From the NCBI GenBank assembly GCA_964016885.1, contig OZ024744.1, positions 65,534,001 through 65,598,000 of the forward strand: 64,000 nt of DNA, written 5' to 3'. The position numbers and the translations under genes were made by a program. This document shows, piece after piece, positions 40,509 through 52,900 of the stretch. A model generated the notes under the pieces. It had not been told where the DNA came from, searched no databases, and saw nothing but the letters and a program-made list of their open reading frames with translations. The stretch comes from Eledone cirrhosa. Its lineage: Eukaryota. Position 1 is the first letter of the stretch. Each line of letters begins with the position of its first letter.

Positions 40509-42600
40509 TGCCAATACCAACTTATTTTTTTGCACATCTGTTACAACACTATTCATTGTGTTCTTAGTATAAAAATAAGTTATGAGGGAGATTTGACTGC
40601 TATTTCCAGCAGATCAAACATCCACATAGCAGTTCCCCCTTATTTTTCTTTTACAATATTTTTTTAAATGGCATCAGCTAGTGAAGGAGCGCACACGTGA
40701 GAGTGCATTGACATTAATACAAGCTATTGCAGAATGATATTTACATATGAATATACGCTAACAGTAGTTGCACTACCTGTTGAGAGGGAGGCGGTAAGAG
40801 TGCATGCAATAGAGAGCAGGAGAGAGCATGCACGAGAGAGAGAGAGCGCATGCATGAGAGAGCGAGTAAGAGCGAGCACGCACGAGAGAGCGAGAGAGAG
40901 AGCAAGCACGCACGAAAGAAAAAAGAGAAAAAGAGAGAGAAAGAGAAAAAGAAAAAGAGAGAAAGAGAAGAAGAGAGAGAAAGAGAGAATATTTATATTT
41001 AAGTATATTCCAACTGGTGTCTCATGCCCAAGACACACAGGGATGGATTTGGGGCTCTATTGTACTAAACTAACATACAGCATACTAGAATAAATTGGCA
41101 GTCAAGAGAAATTGACTAATATGAGACTGGTGTCCCCAGAAAGATGAAAGGCAAAGTTTATCTTAGAAAATAAAGAGTCAGATCAAATAACACTGGTACT
41201 CTAACCATTCTATTATTCCACCACCCTACATAAAAAAAGGTTCTCCCATGAACATCAGTTGATTACACTCAAATATGAGTTTCAACATGAGGCCCCTCTT
41301 CACTTCTTACATGAGACCCATCTTTCTCAGATCTAATTTCACTTCTTTGGTCTACTTCATTATATTAACTTTCATACACTATAAACTTTATCATGTAGTA
41401 TATATATCATTCATATTAAATATCTATTCTAAGAAGCATCTACGGCTTCCTTCTGAGATTTCCTGGAACTTCACCCATTGTTCATTATCTATGTGCTTCA
41501 GGTCAGTACCAATGCAGTCTTCTCTCCTGCACACCACCTCAGATTCCTGTTAAACCCAGCTTCTCCCTCAGTTCATCCAAGCTCTTCCTTTCTCTCATAC
41601 TTACACTGCACATCCAATGAAGCATGGTTGCTCCTTTTTTCTCCGGTCTATGCATGTCCTCTGCAGTCAATCCATATTTCACTGCCATGCAGCATCATAC
41701 ACTCCTTTTGTCTGTCATCAGTGAGCAGCGCTCTAATCTTTTTCCATCCTATCTTTATTCTCTCAGAACATTCTCCTCTGCTACTAATTAAGTCACCTAT
41801 TTTCTAGCTATTGTTGTTCTGCACCTTTTATGTACTTATTGCTTGCAATTGTAACCCAAAATAAGATTTACTGCATCCACAAATGTATATATATGGGCCC
41901 ATAACTCTTATTAGAGTCATAAAGGTACCACATTGACATAAGACATTTCTTAGGAATTTTAAACCTATCAGAGCCCATCGCTCTTAAGGCCGATTTCTTC
42001 CAGAGAAGGAGAGAGTGTGATAGAGAAGTGAGAAAGAAACACAGAATGAATTGACCCTGTAGCGCTCTCTAGACAAGGGAAGTAGCTAGAGTTACTTCCA
42101 GTCGAAATTCTAGAACCTTCTTTGTAACTTCCGGTAAAAAGGATATAAATATAGGTAACGCAAATCAAGCTCTCTCTTTTGGTGCCTTCCTTCGAATTGA
42201 GAACACTGAAGACAAGCATGTTATCTTCTCTCTAACCACCGATTATGGACCTGGATTATACCAATATGTAGAAGAAATTTTACTAACCACAATTGTAACA
42301 TGGAGCTACAATAAAATGAAGACATATTTGATACTCGTTCCGAGAAACTGCCTACGTTTTATTACCTTTGTAATGGGAATTAACTCTCATTCGACATGGT
42401 GTTATGTAAAATATCTTATCCTTTTCTTTATAAAATTTAGTAGTTAGATTCCGGTGACATTTACTCGAGTAAATAACCCTGGGTCTAGCAACACACTAAA
42501 ACCCCATTGCTGGACTAGTTCATTTTGTTTTTTTATCGACCTTGAAAGTATGAAAAGCAAAGTTAACTTCAGCAGCATTTGAATTCAGAACACAGAGCTA

Positions 42601-44620
42601 GACACAGAGTTACAGATTTTGGCCAAGGTGTTGGCAAAGAGGCTGGCGCTTGACAAAAACCTGGTGGGAGAAGCGCAGAGATGCGCAATCCCGACCAGGT
42701 CCATACACGGCAACATCCACCTGATACATCATAGAGAGGGTAGGGAGTAAACCTGGCTTTGGTGGGGGCCCTGATCAACTTGGATCAGTCTAAGGCTTTC
42801 GATAGAGTTGACCATCGTTACTTGGATGCGGTAGGCTTCAGATCCGTGTTCAGGGGCTGGATTGCTGCAATGCACAACAGCAACATCTGCTCAAGGGTCA
42901 AGGTGAACGGCTACCTCTCAGAGCCATTCCATATCACACGATCCATTCGACAGGGATGCCCTCTCTCCGCCCTTCTATACGTACTGACTCTCGAGCCACT
43001 ACTGCAGGGCATCCCTCTGGAACCGGGACTGCAGAAAGCGGTGTTGGCCTACGCCGACGTGACAGTAATGGTGTCGAGCACCTTGCAAATCGAGGAAATC
43101 GGCACCTTACTGAAGAAATACGAAAGTGTCACAGGAGCGAAGCTGAACAAGTCCATCGGTTTGCAACTCGGATCGTGGAGAGGCAAACCGATGCCTTCCG
43201 ATGGCGTTGTCAGACGCTGGACGAAAGGACCGGTAAAGCTGCTCGGGGTCTGGTTTGGTCCGGATCTCCAGGTGGAGAAAAACTGGAACGAGGTGACGGC
43301 CAAGGTGTTTGCACTCACCCAGAAGTGGGCCGAGTGCAAACTATCCTTGAAAGGTCAAGCAGAGGTGGCGAACACTTTTGTAGCGTCCGTCATCTACTAC
43401 CGCTTGACCATCGTGCCTTGTCCAGCCAAAACGCTCACCAAAATGGAGCGCGCGCTCTTCCAATTCCTTTGGAAGAAGCGGGCTCCTTTGGTGAGAAGAT
43501 CCATCTGCTGCCAACACCCTTCCAATGGAGGGCTAGGGATGCCGTGGCTGACGATGCGCAAACACGCGCTCAGGCCACGGCATCTCTACGTATTCCTCAC
43601 CGGACAACTGGTGGACCCCATTCGTGAGGCGAGCCTTCCCACGATTCGTCTCGCTGACCAAGCTGCAGTCCTGGGTCAAGCAAAGACCGAGGAAAATGGG
43701 CGACTGGCACTCACAGCCCTCTGGCAGGCGGACCCCGCGATCAGTGGAGACTCCACTTCATCATTCTATAGAGGATTGATCCTCAGCAAGTGCGACGACG
43801 CGCTCAGAGAAGCTCTAGGCGTAGAGGAAGACGAACTGGCCAGTCTGTTCGGTAAGACCTTCCGCCCGGGACTGATGGACAACTTCCAAAAGTCCCTGGC
43901 CTGGCAGTGCTACCGAGGAGCTCTACCAGTTCGAGGCAAGCTCTACAGACATGGACGCCCGGACAGGGACCCTTCGAAAAAGATCTGTCCGAGATGCGTG
44001 CGAGACGAAGAAACCGTTGCGCACGTATTCATACACTGCCCGGGCGTTATCGACCTGTGGGGCTATGTAGAACGACTATTGTCGCAGGTGGGACCAATCC
44101 GGTTGACCACCGAGTCCATTGTCATGATGAAACTCCTTCAAAAACGAAGGCGAGGCAGTTTTCTTTGTACGATAGCTATGGCGAAAGAAGTTGTATGATG
44201 GACGAGGTTAAAAGGGCTGAAGTCAGACACCTTTCTCTCCAGCCAACAACTGATTCTTTTTTTCAAATACCACTTTGGAAGAAGAATCAGGATGGAGAGA
44301 GAGAGGTGCTGTACCCCAGCAAGTTTTATGAAAGGTGGATGAAAGTGGCGAGAATGGCCCGAGTGAATGGGCCTTTCTCTATATCAGCCTGTAGGTTGAG
44401 GGAAAGGGTACAAACTCTTCGTACTCCTGGAGATGAGGGTTGCACATTTTTTCGGGGGTATGTGTTACCCATATGTAATGTCTCCCCCTATGGGGGGGGG
44501 GGGGGGGGGTCGATTAACTTTTCAATTGCATTTGTGATAATAATTTTCACGTTTTTATTGTATGTAAACTTCCTTTGTATTTGTCCCCTTCTTTTGTGCC
44601 CTTGTGGCTAATAAAGAAAC
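42601..44620 (+). mobile_element. 5'-truncated L1/Tx1-type LINE (RT, thumb, C-terminal CCHC zf-RVT), inactive
   Basis: ORF 42759-44198 with LDQSKAFDRV, RQGCPLS, YADV (one D of YADD lost), KLLGVWF, GGLGMP and CPRC..ETVAH..IHC. 3' UTR has a G run and AATAAA near 44610. Confidence 0.88.
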
Positions 44621-46736
44621 ATATCTATCCACAGAATCAACAAAGCCATATCACAGAGTGCACCAGAACTTGCAACTAATATAAATCAGTATTTTAGGTT
44701 TTTAAATTAACATTTAGGTCCTTTAGAAATACAAGTTCATTATGAAGTCTAGCAGAAAAACCATTAGTAGATAAATTATGTAATATTCATTCATTATTTA
44801 TTCAAAGTAATCCAACTTATTTTACAAACGGGATAAAAAATTATAAGCTGTACACAGTCCCGCACTCCTTACTTTATTATAGTTTAGATTAGTTGTGAAT
44901 TCCTGTGTGATTACCACAGTTGAAGAAAGAGTCCTAATAAAATCACATTTTTCACAATTCTTCAGTGCTAATCCTAACCTTGAATAGCATCTATAGATAT
45001 GAAACATTCCTTCACATCTAGCTCTCTTAGGCTACAGTGACCATGTCAATGGTGTATCAAAGACTGACAATGGCAAAACTATTATAAACAAGATCATCTC
45101 ATAAATAGAACAATTATGGGTCCTTGTCCATGTACTAAGTCAAAGATGTAATTCTGAGTATTTCTAATCTTTTCATATCTTCAAGACCCTTCCTGTAGTA
45201 ATTGATGTTGAAAAAAACTCAACAGAAAAAAATACAGCAATACGCTAGACCAACCTGTTGCTTTTGATATTCTAATAACTGTTTCTAAGGAACTAACATA
45301 TTTCTTTGGCTTCATATTCTTAATCAGTTTACTCAACATCTGATACATTTCTTAAATAAAAACCTTCACATTACAGTTGTTTTAGTGGCTTTTTCTTCTA
45401 TAATTAAAATAATTTGAGGAGACTTAAAATTGACTAGTCATCTAGAATTAAGATTTGAACCCATACCTACAAATTAAGATAAAATGAATGAGAAAACCTC
45501 AGAAAATTATATTAGGCAATAAAAAATAAACATTATAGTCATTTAATTAAAAAAATTGGTTTATAGTGATGAAGATAGGAAAAGGAAAACCTTTATCGAG
45601 TGAATTAGCTGTTTTGTTTTGTGGTACCAACACTAGAAAGATCACCGTGATCCAAGCTAAGGATGATCAAAGAAATGGATACCATGTTCCAAAGAAATGT
45701 GATCAATAGTAAAGATAGAGAAATAGCTAAGGTGGACATAGATGCATGGTAATGGGTGAGGTGGAGTTGATTAGAAGCAGAGATTAATGTCCAGTGGTAG
45801 AAGGTGCTATTGGCAGCTGCAGATGATAAAGACAGACAGAAAGATAGATTGGTGATGGTGGGAGAGGTACAATGGTAATGTTAATAGTGATAATGAAAGG
45901 GACAAATATAATCAGATTAAGTACCATACCTCCTTAATAGGAGCATACTAGGCACTTTACTTAATCCAGTCATTGTCCTTTGTCACTTCGATCGCAAGAT
46001 TCAGCTTCACAATATCTATCTTAACTCAACCACTTCACCCCAGGTTTTACTATGTCTACCTTTTCCACAGGTTCCATCAACTTCAAGGGCTCGACATATA
46101 CAACCGACATCCTCTATGCACACTACATGTCCATACCAGCACAGACTTCTCTTGTACATAACATCTAAATTAGCTTATACCTACTTTTCCTCTCAACTCA
46201 TCCATCAGAGCTAACTAACCTACTTTCTTCTGCATTCAAGGTCCAAGTCTTGCAACTATGCATCAGCATAGTTTGTATGCATGCATCATACAGTTGGTCT
46301 TTCACTCAGAGAAAAACCTTCAATTCCCAGCAGAGATAATAGTTCCCTGAACTTTTTCTATCTAATTCTAGCTGCAATACTTACATTACACTTCACTGCT
46401 GGTGCCATAATCAAATGCTCCTAGCACACTGAAGAGATGGAGCTGGTGTTAGCCAGTACACACTGAGGTGATTGGCATTAGGAAGGGTATCCATCTATTG
46501 AAACCATACCAAATATGAAATACAAGAGTGAAGACATGGTTCCCAACCAGTCTTATCTTAGACCATAATGACCAATCTGATACACGCACACATTTTTATA
46601 TATAGATGACAGAAAGAGGAAAGTCAAAAATTGCGTGGATGGCTAATGCCCTTAATTTGACAAACAAAATACAGTGAATGTATAAAGACAGTACAAGACA
46701 GACCGAGATAGAAACCCATAATATTCAACATACTGT

Positions 46737-47716
46737 AGATGTAGCGGGATCTCAGGAAGCTTAATTAAGAATGTAGGATTCACATGCAGCAGCTGTGCTG
46801 AAATAGCAAGCAGCAAACAGCCACAGGAAACAAGTACCACCAATCTCTGGGAGGGCTCTGTAGAAACAGTAGACAGCTTCTGCTACCTAGGTGACCGAAT
46901 TAGCAACGGAGGTGGGTGTTCTAGGGTAAGAACGGGATGGAAGAAGTTTAGGGAACTACTACCACTGCTAGCTGCAAAAGGCTTCCCCCTCAGAATGAAA
47001 GGCAGACTGTATGATGCGTGTATCCGAACAGCGATGCTGCATGGTAGTGAGACCTGGGCGCTGAAGGTGGAAGACTTACGTAGATTAGAGAGAAACGAAG
47101 CCTGCATGCTCCGATGGATGTGTAATAGTAATATACATGAACGACAAAGCATAAATGAATTGAGAGAGAGACTGAGCATAAGAGGAATCAAATGCTGTGT
47201 GCAGGAGAGGCGGTTGCGCTAGTATGGACATGTGATGCGTATGAAGGATGACAGCTGCATAAAAAGGTGCAGAGCACTAGAAGTTGATGGAAACCGCGGA
47301 GTGGGGAGACCCAAGATGACCTGGGATGAGGTGATAAAAGCCGACCTTACCCAACTACACACGACCGTGACTTCTGGCGTCACGCAGTAATACAGAGTAC
47401 CCAACCTCCCATGGGTACAAGCTGAAGCATATAGACAATATGCCCCCACCGCAAGGTGGTCGTGGAGGTGCCACGGCAAAAAAGCACCCAGCCCACACTG
47501 TAAAGTGGACGTGTAGGCCCCACGAAAAAGCACCCAGCACTCACTGTAAATGAGGTTGGTGTTAGGAAGGGCATCCAGCTGTAGAAATCAAGCCAGATCA
47601 GTTCCTGTATGAGCAAGGCATGGTCAGCCGACCAGACACTGCACACAACAGGACAACCCGTCTAACCCATGCTAGTGTGGAAGAACGGACGTAAAACAGT
47701 GATGATGATGATGATG
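46737..47716 (+). mobile_element. 5'-truncated copy of the same RTE LINE
   Basis: Highly similar to the reverse complement of 19605-20620; FCYLGD and HGSETW motifs, (GAT)n tail. Candidate TSD ATACTG at 46730-46735 and 47717-47722. Confidence 0.92.
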
Positions 47717-48633
47717 ATACTGAGAATAGACAATACTTTATAAATAGTATCAATAAAATATTCTAATATACATTAGCATTGAAATGCTTGCTCAATAATG
47801 GTAGAGCACCAGACACCATGCTTTGCAGCATAGACTTACAGCTATTTACGTTCTAAGTTCAAATCCCACCGAGGTTAACTTTACCTTTCATACTTACATG
47901 GTCGATAAAATAAAGCACCAGTAATGCACTGGGGTCGATTTAATCGACTTTCCTCTCCCATTCAAATTGCTGGCCTTGTGCCTAAAGCAGAAACTATTAT
48001 TTGCCATTTATATCAACTACCATACCCCTTAGAAATACTTATTGCAACTTATTTATTTATCATGTATCAAACTGTGCTGCATTATGTCTTCAACTCTCAT
48101 GGAATTTATTCAAATGGTTATCAGTAAGAAAAATCTAATAAACGGTGCTATATCATGCATTTCTAAGAGTTAAAAACAAGGCAAAGTTTAACAGCCAAAC
48201 ATCCATAAATATTCCCACAGTCTCCCGCTGCTTGGCATCATTGGGTGCAATAATGTCAGATAGTGTCAATATCAATGATCTCTGACACCTGTCAATGGGA
48301 ATATCCAACAGTCTAAGCTTTACGTAGATATTTGTAGCAGGCTACTTCAGTTATTTTTATAACATTCTCTTGGCAATACTGTCAGTTACAAGATTTTTAA
48401 AAGGCACAGTTTAAATTTGATATAAGATTTTTATTCCTAGCTTACATGATAAACTAATTTACTACACGACACCATCATATTTCTAATGAAATATTTTTGT
48501 AATTACTGAAGAATTTGGGAAGTATTTATTAAAATTATAATTTCATTAAGATGATATTTGTAATATAATAAAATTATGTTGAAAGAATTTAATTTAAATA
48601 GGAACCCTTTAAAATGGGTGGTTTTGTTTCATA

Positions 48634-48821
48634 GTGAAGTCCAAACAGATGTTGAGTAAATGTATTGCCCCAGAGGGAGATGCGCTGAAACAGCCACTCC
48701 ACCTTGCGGGCAGCCAACTCGGCCTTGATAGCAGTGATTAGTGATGTGGGCCAAGAACACCAGAAGTCTCCACTGCTACAGGACCTACTACAAACCTAAG
48801 AGCAGCCGATACTTGGACAGT
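48634..48821 (-). mobile_element. CRE 3' fragment (inverted counterpart of 49703-49937), inserted in a MITE
   Basis: Reverse complement aligns to 49703-49937 and encodes PVAVETSGVLGP-like RLE terminus. Flanked by the two halves of a MITE family also seen at 11125-11345. Confidence 0.65.
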
Positions 48822-49191
48822 GGTTTATGGGCGAGTTGGTATCAAAAATATTAAAGCAAACTGCTAGATGAAGCCACAACTGTCTATTTAGAACTAATTG
48901 TCGACAGATTTAGACATAGGCATCAACATACTTAACCCTTTATAGCATTCACATTTATATTCTATTATATTTTCATGATAAATGCTTTATCTCACATAAT
49001 ATCGAATCTGAGATTTTGAAAGAATTTATTTTGAGAACAATACCTTAACATCAGTTTAAACGACCAGTTACAGCCAGTTTCTACAGAGAAAAAGGTAGAG
49101 AATTCTGGCCAGTTTGAACATTAAAGGGTTAAAGCATCATCTATATCATTAACCCGTCTAACATGGTTGACAAGTAAACATATGCAAGTGA

Positions 49192-49526
49192 TCATCATCA
49201 TCATCACTTTACGTCCGCTTTTTCCCTGCTTGCAAGGGTGGGACGAGAACTGATTCTGGCTTGATTTCTACAGCTGGATGCCCTTCCTAACACCAACCTC
49301 ATTTACAGTGAGTGCTGGGTGCTTTTTTGCCGTGGCACCTCCACGACCACTTTGCAGTAGAATGATAGGGACAGGGGTCCCTATCATCTCATTTCTACAG
49401 CTGAGTAAACTGGAGCAATGTGAAATAAAGTGTCTTGCTCAAGGAAACAACACATCACCCAGTCTGAGAATTGAACTGACAACCTTTCGATTGCTAGGCC
49501 AATGCTCTAACCACTAAGCCATGTGC
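49192..49526 (-). mobile_element. Same SINE, copy C
   Basis: Near-identical to copy A. Confidence 0.88.
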
Positions 49527-49674
49527 AATATAAACTTAATATTGATCACTGATCCAAATATATATAAGGTCTTCAATGACAGATTTTAAATAAGGTCTGA
49601 CCTGACTGAAAGAGGACATGTCCAACTACCCCATGTTCAAATGAAGGCTCAACTGAACCACAAGATAAATGTCA

Positions 49675-49937
49675 CAGCTGCCCGCCAAGCTGAAGACGGC
49701 AAACTGTCCAAGTATCAGCCGCTCTTAGGTTTATAGTAGAGCCTGTAGCAATGGAGACTTCTGGTGTTCTTGGCCCACATCACTGCTATCAAGGCCGAGT
49801 TGGCCGCCCGCAGATTTGAGCCCCGCAAGGTGGAGTGGCTGTCTCAGCACATCTCCCTCCGGGGCAATGCATTCTCCATCCTGTTGACTGGGACCCAGAA
49901 GCAAGTTGATTGTGAAGGATACTCGTTTGGACTTCAC
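49675..49937 (+). mobile_element. CRE 3' fragment
   Basis: AEDGKLSKY...EPVAMETSGVLGP...EWLSQHISL-RGNAFSIL, the C-terminal RLE motif also present at 39800-40020. Confidence 0.68.
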
Positions 49938-52900
49938 TTCAACAACTAAAATATATTTACATATGAAGTAGACAATTAACAGCACAAGCCAGTTATATTA
50001 CTTGTATTTTATAGTGTTTATTATTAAAAAAATAAAACACCAGTAATGCATTTGGGTCGGTTTAATCAACTTTCTGCTACCCCAAAAAATTGCTAGCCTT
50101 GTGCCTATAGAACTAAAAAAAAAAAAAAAAACACCAGATGAATCAAATAATTAGATTCTCATTCAGTCAAGATCTGAGAATGTTTAACTCTAGGCATATT
50201 TACTCAGATATAACTGGTATTGTTGATTGAGCAATTGGAAATAGTTATAAATATATTCCACAACCTTTTTGTATATATACAACACACACATTTTGACTTC
50301 AGCTTATGACCCATACTCAAGTTGCACATTTGCTTGCAGTTAGGTTTAATTAAAATATTTAGCTGAAATAACCCCAATCATTGCCAATACAATCCAGCAA
50401 AGATATAACAATGTGTTTCTATGATCTTTGCCTGGAACAAACAAATATTGAATTTTTAAATTGCCATTTATCATTGACAGCATCTAACAAACATTAAGAT
50501 CACACCTGGCTAATGGAGAACTGTATAGATAGGTTTTGTATATATGGAATGTGTGTGTGTTTTTGTATATAAATTTACGAGATTAAGTATTGTCATTAGC
50601 AAGTCTGTTTTTACAGTATGTACATGCTGTAAAAAGTGAATTCTGCTTAACCCTTTAGCATTTACATTACTCTATATTTACTATTGTATTTTCACAGTAA
50701 ACACTTTATTTCACATAATACCGAATCTATGAAATTGATATTTTGAAAACAATACTTTAACGTGAATATGATTGGCCAGTTACAGTCGGTTTCAATAGAA
50801 AGAGGCGAGAGAATTCTGGCTGGATATGGCCAGTATAAATGGCTACACATTTTCATGCAAGACATTTTAGAAGCTATGTCGCATAGCTGCAGCCACACAA
50901 CAGCCATTGCCCTCATACCAGTAATTGGTGTAAGCTAGTTATTTTTGCAAGGAAGATTACAATATGGTTTCGAGAGATGTTAATTTTTACTTTCTCTTGT
51001 GTGGCATGGGTGAGGTAAGTTTCATTGGATTAATGTAGATTTGTTTAGATTTAAGTTATGGCAATTAATGATCTTAGTCATATTTGTTTACAGCATAATT
51101 ATTCATATAGACTGCACAGTGACATGATCAACCCACCTTACATACTCAAGTATTTGCTTGTGCGAATTTGCATATACCGCAAATTTCATGTCCAGTGTGG
51201 TTTGGTAGATATGCCACGTGCAGTTTTTTTTTTTTTGCAGGCCCCAATCCACTCTGTAAGAAGACAGTTCTGGTGCCTTGACAAAGACCACCCAGTAAGT
51301 AATGGTACTGCAACAAAACTCCCAGTGAAAAGTAGTACTGGTGCAACAAAAAGCATCTAGTAAAGTGATAGTAATGATGCCATGACTCAAAATGCTCCAG
51401 GTACATGTAAAGTAGATGGCATTAAGAAGTGTCCAGCTGTAGAAAATAAGCTAAAACTGGAGCAAATGAGTAAAACATTCATCTGACCAGCCTAGTCTCA
51501 GTATGTAATAGACTGTCTATTTTCCATTGAAAACATGTAAAATAGCTGTTAAACAGTAATGCTTTAAAAAATTCCTACACAAAATTATGATGCAAGGACA
51601 AACATTGTACCTACACCTCGACGACAGGCAACACAGATACATACACACCAGAGTGGAGCGATTTGTAAGCTAGACTGGAGCTTGGGATGCCTCACCAGCA
51701 GTTCCAGCCATGCAATGGAAAAGAAAATTCAAGTTGAATGAGGACAGTTCATCAGCAGGCAACACACATACATACACCTACATATATCACCTGGGCACAG
51801 CATTCACAGAAACACAGCGATCACAGGTGAATTGGTATCAAAGGAATTAAACCAAACATTCAGTAAAATGCTGACAAATAGATGAATTAAACCCACACCT
51901 GAGGAATTTTATTACCGAGCCTAGTATTTTTTTTTTAACCTAAGCTTCAAGAAATTAGGTACAGAATATCTATAAATATGTAGAAAAAAAAGCTGAATAT
52001 GTATTAGAGGTATAGGTGTAAACTAAACATTCCATTTCCTGGAGTCTATGTGATTGTTTTTACATCAATTCTTAAACCAAACAAACAAGAGAGCGAGAGA
52101 GCGGGCGAGCGAGCGAGAGAGAGACTGAACTGAGAAAATACTGTCATTTTACAACAATGAGTTTTGACATGTGGACAAATTTGTTAGTCTCCGTGATTCA
52201 TTCTTTCTTGCATGAGAAGATTTGATCAGTCAGTGTAAACCAACAACAAACTTAATTCACATCTCTATTATTATGTTCTCCCCTTACCTCTTCTGCTGCC
52301 AGGCAAGACAGGAAATGTTAGTGCCTTCCTCCAGGCACTGGAAAATCCACATAATCTATTCAATTATTGTCATTCCTAACACCTATAAGAGATGACATCA
52401 CTAGATATTTACCTGTACAATTGTCCCTTGTCTTTAATAGCTTACAAATTTAAAAACTATAAAGATAATTCAAATGTAATTAATACCCTGTAATGATTTA
52501 GCAGAAAACACCAAAACACAACGAAAAAGGTTTTTTTAAATTCCAATGTTTATAGTATCTTTACAAGTGGACAGTATTACTCAAGTGCCTTGCTAATGTA
52601 GTGTCATATGGTACAGAGCTTAAAAATATCCATTAGAGATTAACTGCAGCAAACTCCTATCCTTCAAAAGCTCCTACCACAATATATATACAATACCAAA
52701 TCATTACTAAACATTCTTATTCAGTGCAGACATACAGAGGTGACTGTGTGGTTAAAAACTTTTGCTTCAAAATTACACGATTCTGAGGAGTTCAATCCCA
52801 CTACACACATTGAGCAAATGTCTGACTTCATAAATACCTTGTGAGTAGAAATTAGTAGGCAGAAACCTATCATATGAATGTGTGTGTGACAAAACTATTA

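Noticed and set aside
40724-41093. Arg/Glu/Lys-rich ORFs
   Set aside because: Translation of (GA)n/(GAAA)n low-complexity sequence.
41960-42480. CpG-containing segment with CTGAAGA and a weak inverted match (AAAAGGATA/TATCCTTTT)
   Set aside because: No complete ribozyme fold, convincing TIR or recognisable ORF; left unassigned.
43110-43135. CTGAAGA...GAAA hammerhead-like core
   Set aside because: Lies in the LINE RT coding frame, with no stem II and no convincing stem I.
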